Assembly: GCF_006345805.1 (NCBI RefSeq)
Contig: NC_043017.1
Span: forward strand, 186,001-250,000
DNA from: Octopus sinensis
Lineage: Eukaryota
Direction of reading: 5' to 3'
DNA: 64,000 bases
Positions 62,002 through 64,000 of this stretch are shown one piece after another (position 1 is the stretch's first letter; each line of letters opens with the position of its first letter). A program made the position numbers and the translations under genes. The notes beneath the pieces were generated by a model that worked only from the letters and a program-made list of their open reading frames with translations, was not told where the DNA came from and did no database searches.

Positions 62002-62313
62002 CATTATTTACATTTGACAGATATTTGTCCTCATCTTGTTTGTTGTTAACACGTTTCGGCTGATATACCCTCCAACCTTCACCAGGTGACTTGAGGAAAT
62101 TTCAAACCTGGGTTCTCGTTCCTAAGGTATTTTTCAATGTTGTTATGATTATTATTATTATTACAATTATTCAGGTGACTGCTTGGAATCGAACTTAGAA
62201 TCTTGGGGTTAGTAGCCCATGCTCTTAACCACTACGCCATATGTCTGTGGGCTTATGGCGTAGTGGTAATGTAAATAATGTACGTAATTCTTCATCTCTT
62301 AAATGCAGAACTG
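62002..62313 (-). mobile_element. tRNA-headed, HHR-bearing short element (family H) with an inverted partial copy
   Basis: Minus strand: A box TGGCGTAGTGG, B box AGTTCGATTCC, (AAT)n, then CUGGUGA A GGUUG...CAGCC GAAAC at 62044-62092. Confidence 0.75.
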
Positions 62314-62839
62314 TTTTCTGCATGTTCCTTTGTTGTCTTTCTGTGAAACATTTTAACATTATACATGTGTGTAGGTGTGTGTGTGTGTGTGTGTGTGGAG
62401 GCACGTAACTGAGTGGTTAGGGTGTTGGACACATGATTGTAAGATTGTGGTTTCGATTCCTGGACTGGGTGATGCATTGAATTCTTGAGTAAAACACTTC
62501 ATTTCATGTAGACCCAGTAATGAGCAACCCAGCAAGAGACTGGCATTCCATCCAGTAGCAGGGTGGAGGGGGTGGTGTTTACATAAGCCATAGAATTCAG
62601 GAAACTCACCTTATGAGCTTGGGAATGAACTTTGATCTTTATTATATATATTTGTAAGAATGCATACATGCATGTATGTACATGTGTATATGCCGTTGTG
62701 TATTTCACATAAAATAGCAATTTGGCAAAAGAGATTGATAAAAGTTAAAAAGAATAAATAAAGCTGATTGATTTGATCCACTAAACCCATCAATGTGGTA
62801 GTCCAATAAATGGAGCAAGTATAAGCATAAAAGTACATA

Positions 62840-63085
62840 TATATGGCTCGTTAAAAGCACCATCTGAATGTGGTCGATGCTAGCCACTGCCCCAACTAGC
62901 TCCTCTGCTGGTAGCATGTAAAAAGCACACACTACACTCTCGGAGTGGTTGGTGTTAGGAAGGGCATCCAGCTGTAGAAACATTGCCAGATCAGATTGGA
63001 GCCTGGTGTGGCCTCCTGGCTTCCCAGACACCGGTCGAACTGTCCAACCCATGCCAGCATGGAAAATGGACAATAATGATGATAT
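62840..63085 (+). mobile_element. Family 3 SINE
   Basis: ACTACACTCTCGGAGTGGTTGG...CCAACCCATGCCAGCATGGAAAATGGAC. Confidence 0.85.
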
Positions 63086-63361
63086 ATATATAAAAATATA
63101 TACATATATACACATATATATACATATATATACATATATATACATATATATACATATACATATATATACATATATATACATATACATATATATACATATA
63201 TATACATACATATACATATACATATATATACATATATATACATACATATATATATACATATATATACATACATATATATATACATATATATACATACATA
63301 TATATATACATATATATACATACATATATATATACATATATATACATACATATATATATAC

Positions 63362-63398
<37 letters not shown>

Positions 63399-63634
63399 CA
63401 CATATATATACATACATATATATATCATATATATACATACATATATATATACATATATATATATACATATATATATTATACATATATATATACATATATA
63501 TATACATACATATATACATACATATATACATATATATATACATACATATATACATATATATATACATACATATATACATATATATATACATACATATATA
63601 TATACATATATACATACATATATATATACATATA

Positions 63635-63682
<48 letters not shown>

Positions 63683-64000
63683 ATACATATATGTATACAT
63701 ATATACACATATATGTATACATATATACACCATATATATATACATATATACACATATATATATACATATATACACATATATATATACATATATACACATA
63801 TATATATACATATATACACATATATATATATACATATATACACATATATATATATACATATATACACACATAATATATACATATATACACACACATATAT
63901 TATACATATATACACATATATATATATACATATATACACATATATATATATACATATATACACATATATATATATAACATATATACACATATATATATAC
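63086..64000. repeat. (TA)/(TACA) microsatellite running to the window end
   Basis: Direct inspection. Confidence 0.95.

Noticed and set aside
62170-62243. Possible tRNA-Ser gene
   Set aside because: A and B boxes and an anticodon arm are present, but there is no proper acceptor stem and it runs into a repeat body; treated as a SINE-type head. The same applies to 47170-47252.

Overview
Eukaryotic, gene-poor, repeat-saturated 64 kb window. The SINE families and huge (TA)n/(TACA)n/(GAT)n microsatellites suggest a coleoid cephalopod (octopus-like); this is inference, not checked by search. Most ORFs in the supplied track are microsatellite or SINE artefacts. Real coding content is transposon-derived: one uninterrupted 985-aa APE+RT LINE ORF2 (32425-35382, CR1/L2-group-like) plus fragments of the same family, two RTE families (one with a tandem-repeat 3' UTR, one with three C-terminal C2H2 fingers), Penelope-like (PLE) RT and GIY-YIG fragments, Tx1/L1, R4/Dong-like and HERO-like remnants, Tc1/mariner remnants, non-autonomous Helitrons, MITEs and several tRNA-derived SINE families. 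The most notable hidden layer is about 15 minimal type-I hammerhead ribozyme (HHR) motifs from at least 7 short-repeat families, found by hand-folding. Several sit in head-to-head fold-back structures, one family carries a compensated U3:A8 core, and one is fused to a tRNA-derived Pol III head. An HHR of one family lies downstream of a Penelope ORF, suggesting a set of PLE-mobilised non-autonomous retrozyme-like elements. Also seen: a LINE-SINE shared 3' end with a compensated hairpin, and three weak candidate host exons at 38.7-43.5 kb. SINE boundaries are approximate (a few tens of bp). No database searches or folding programs were run.
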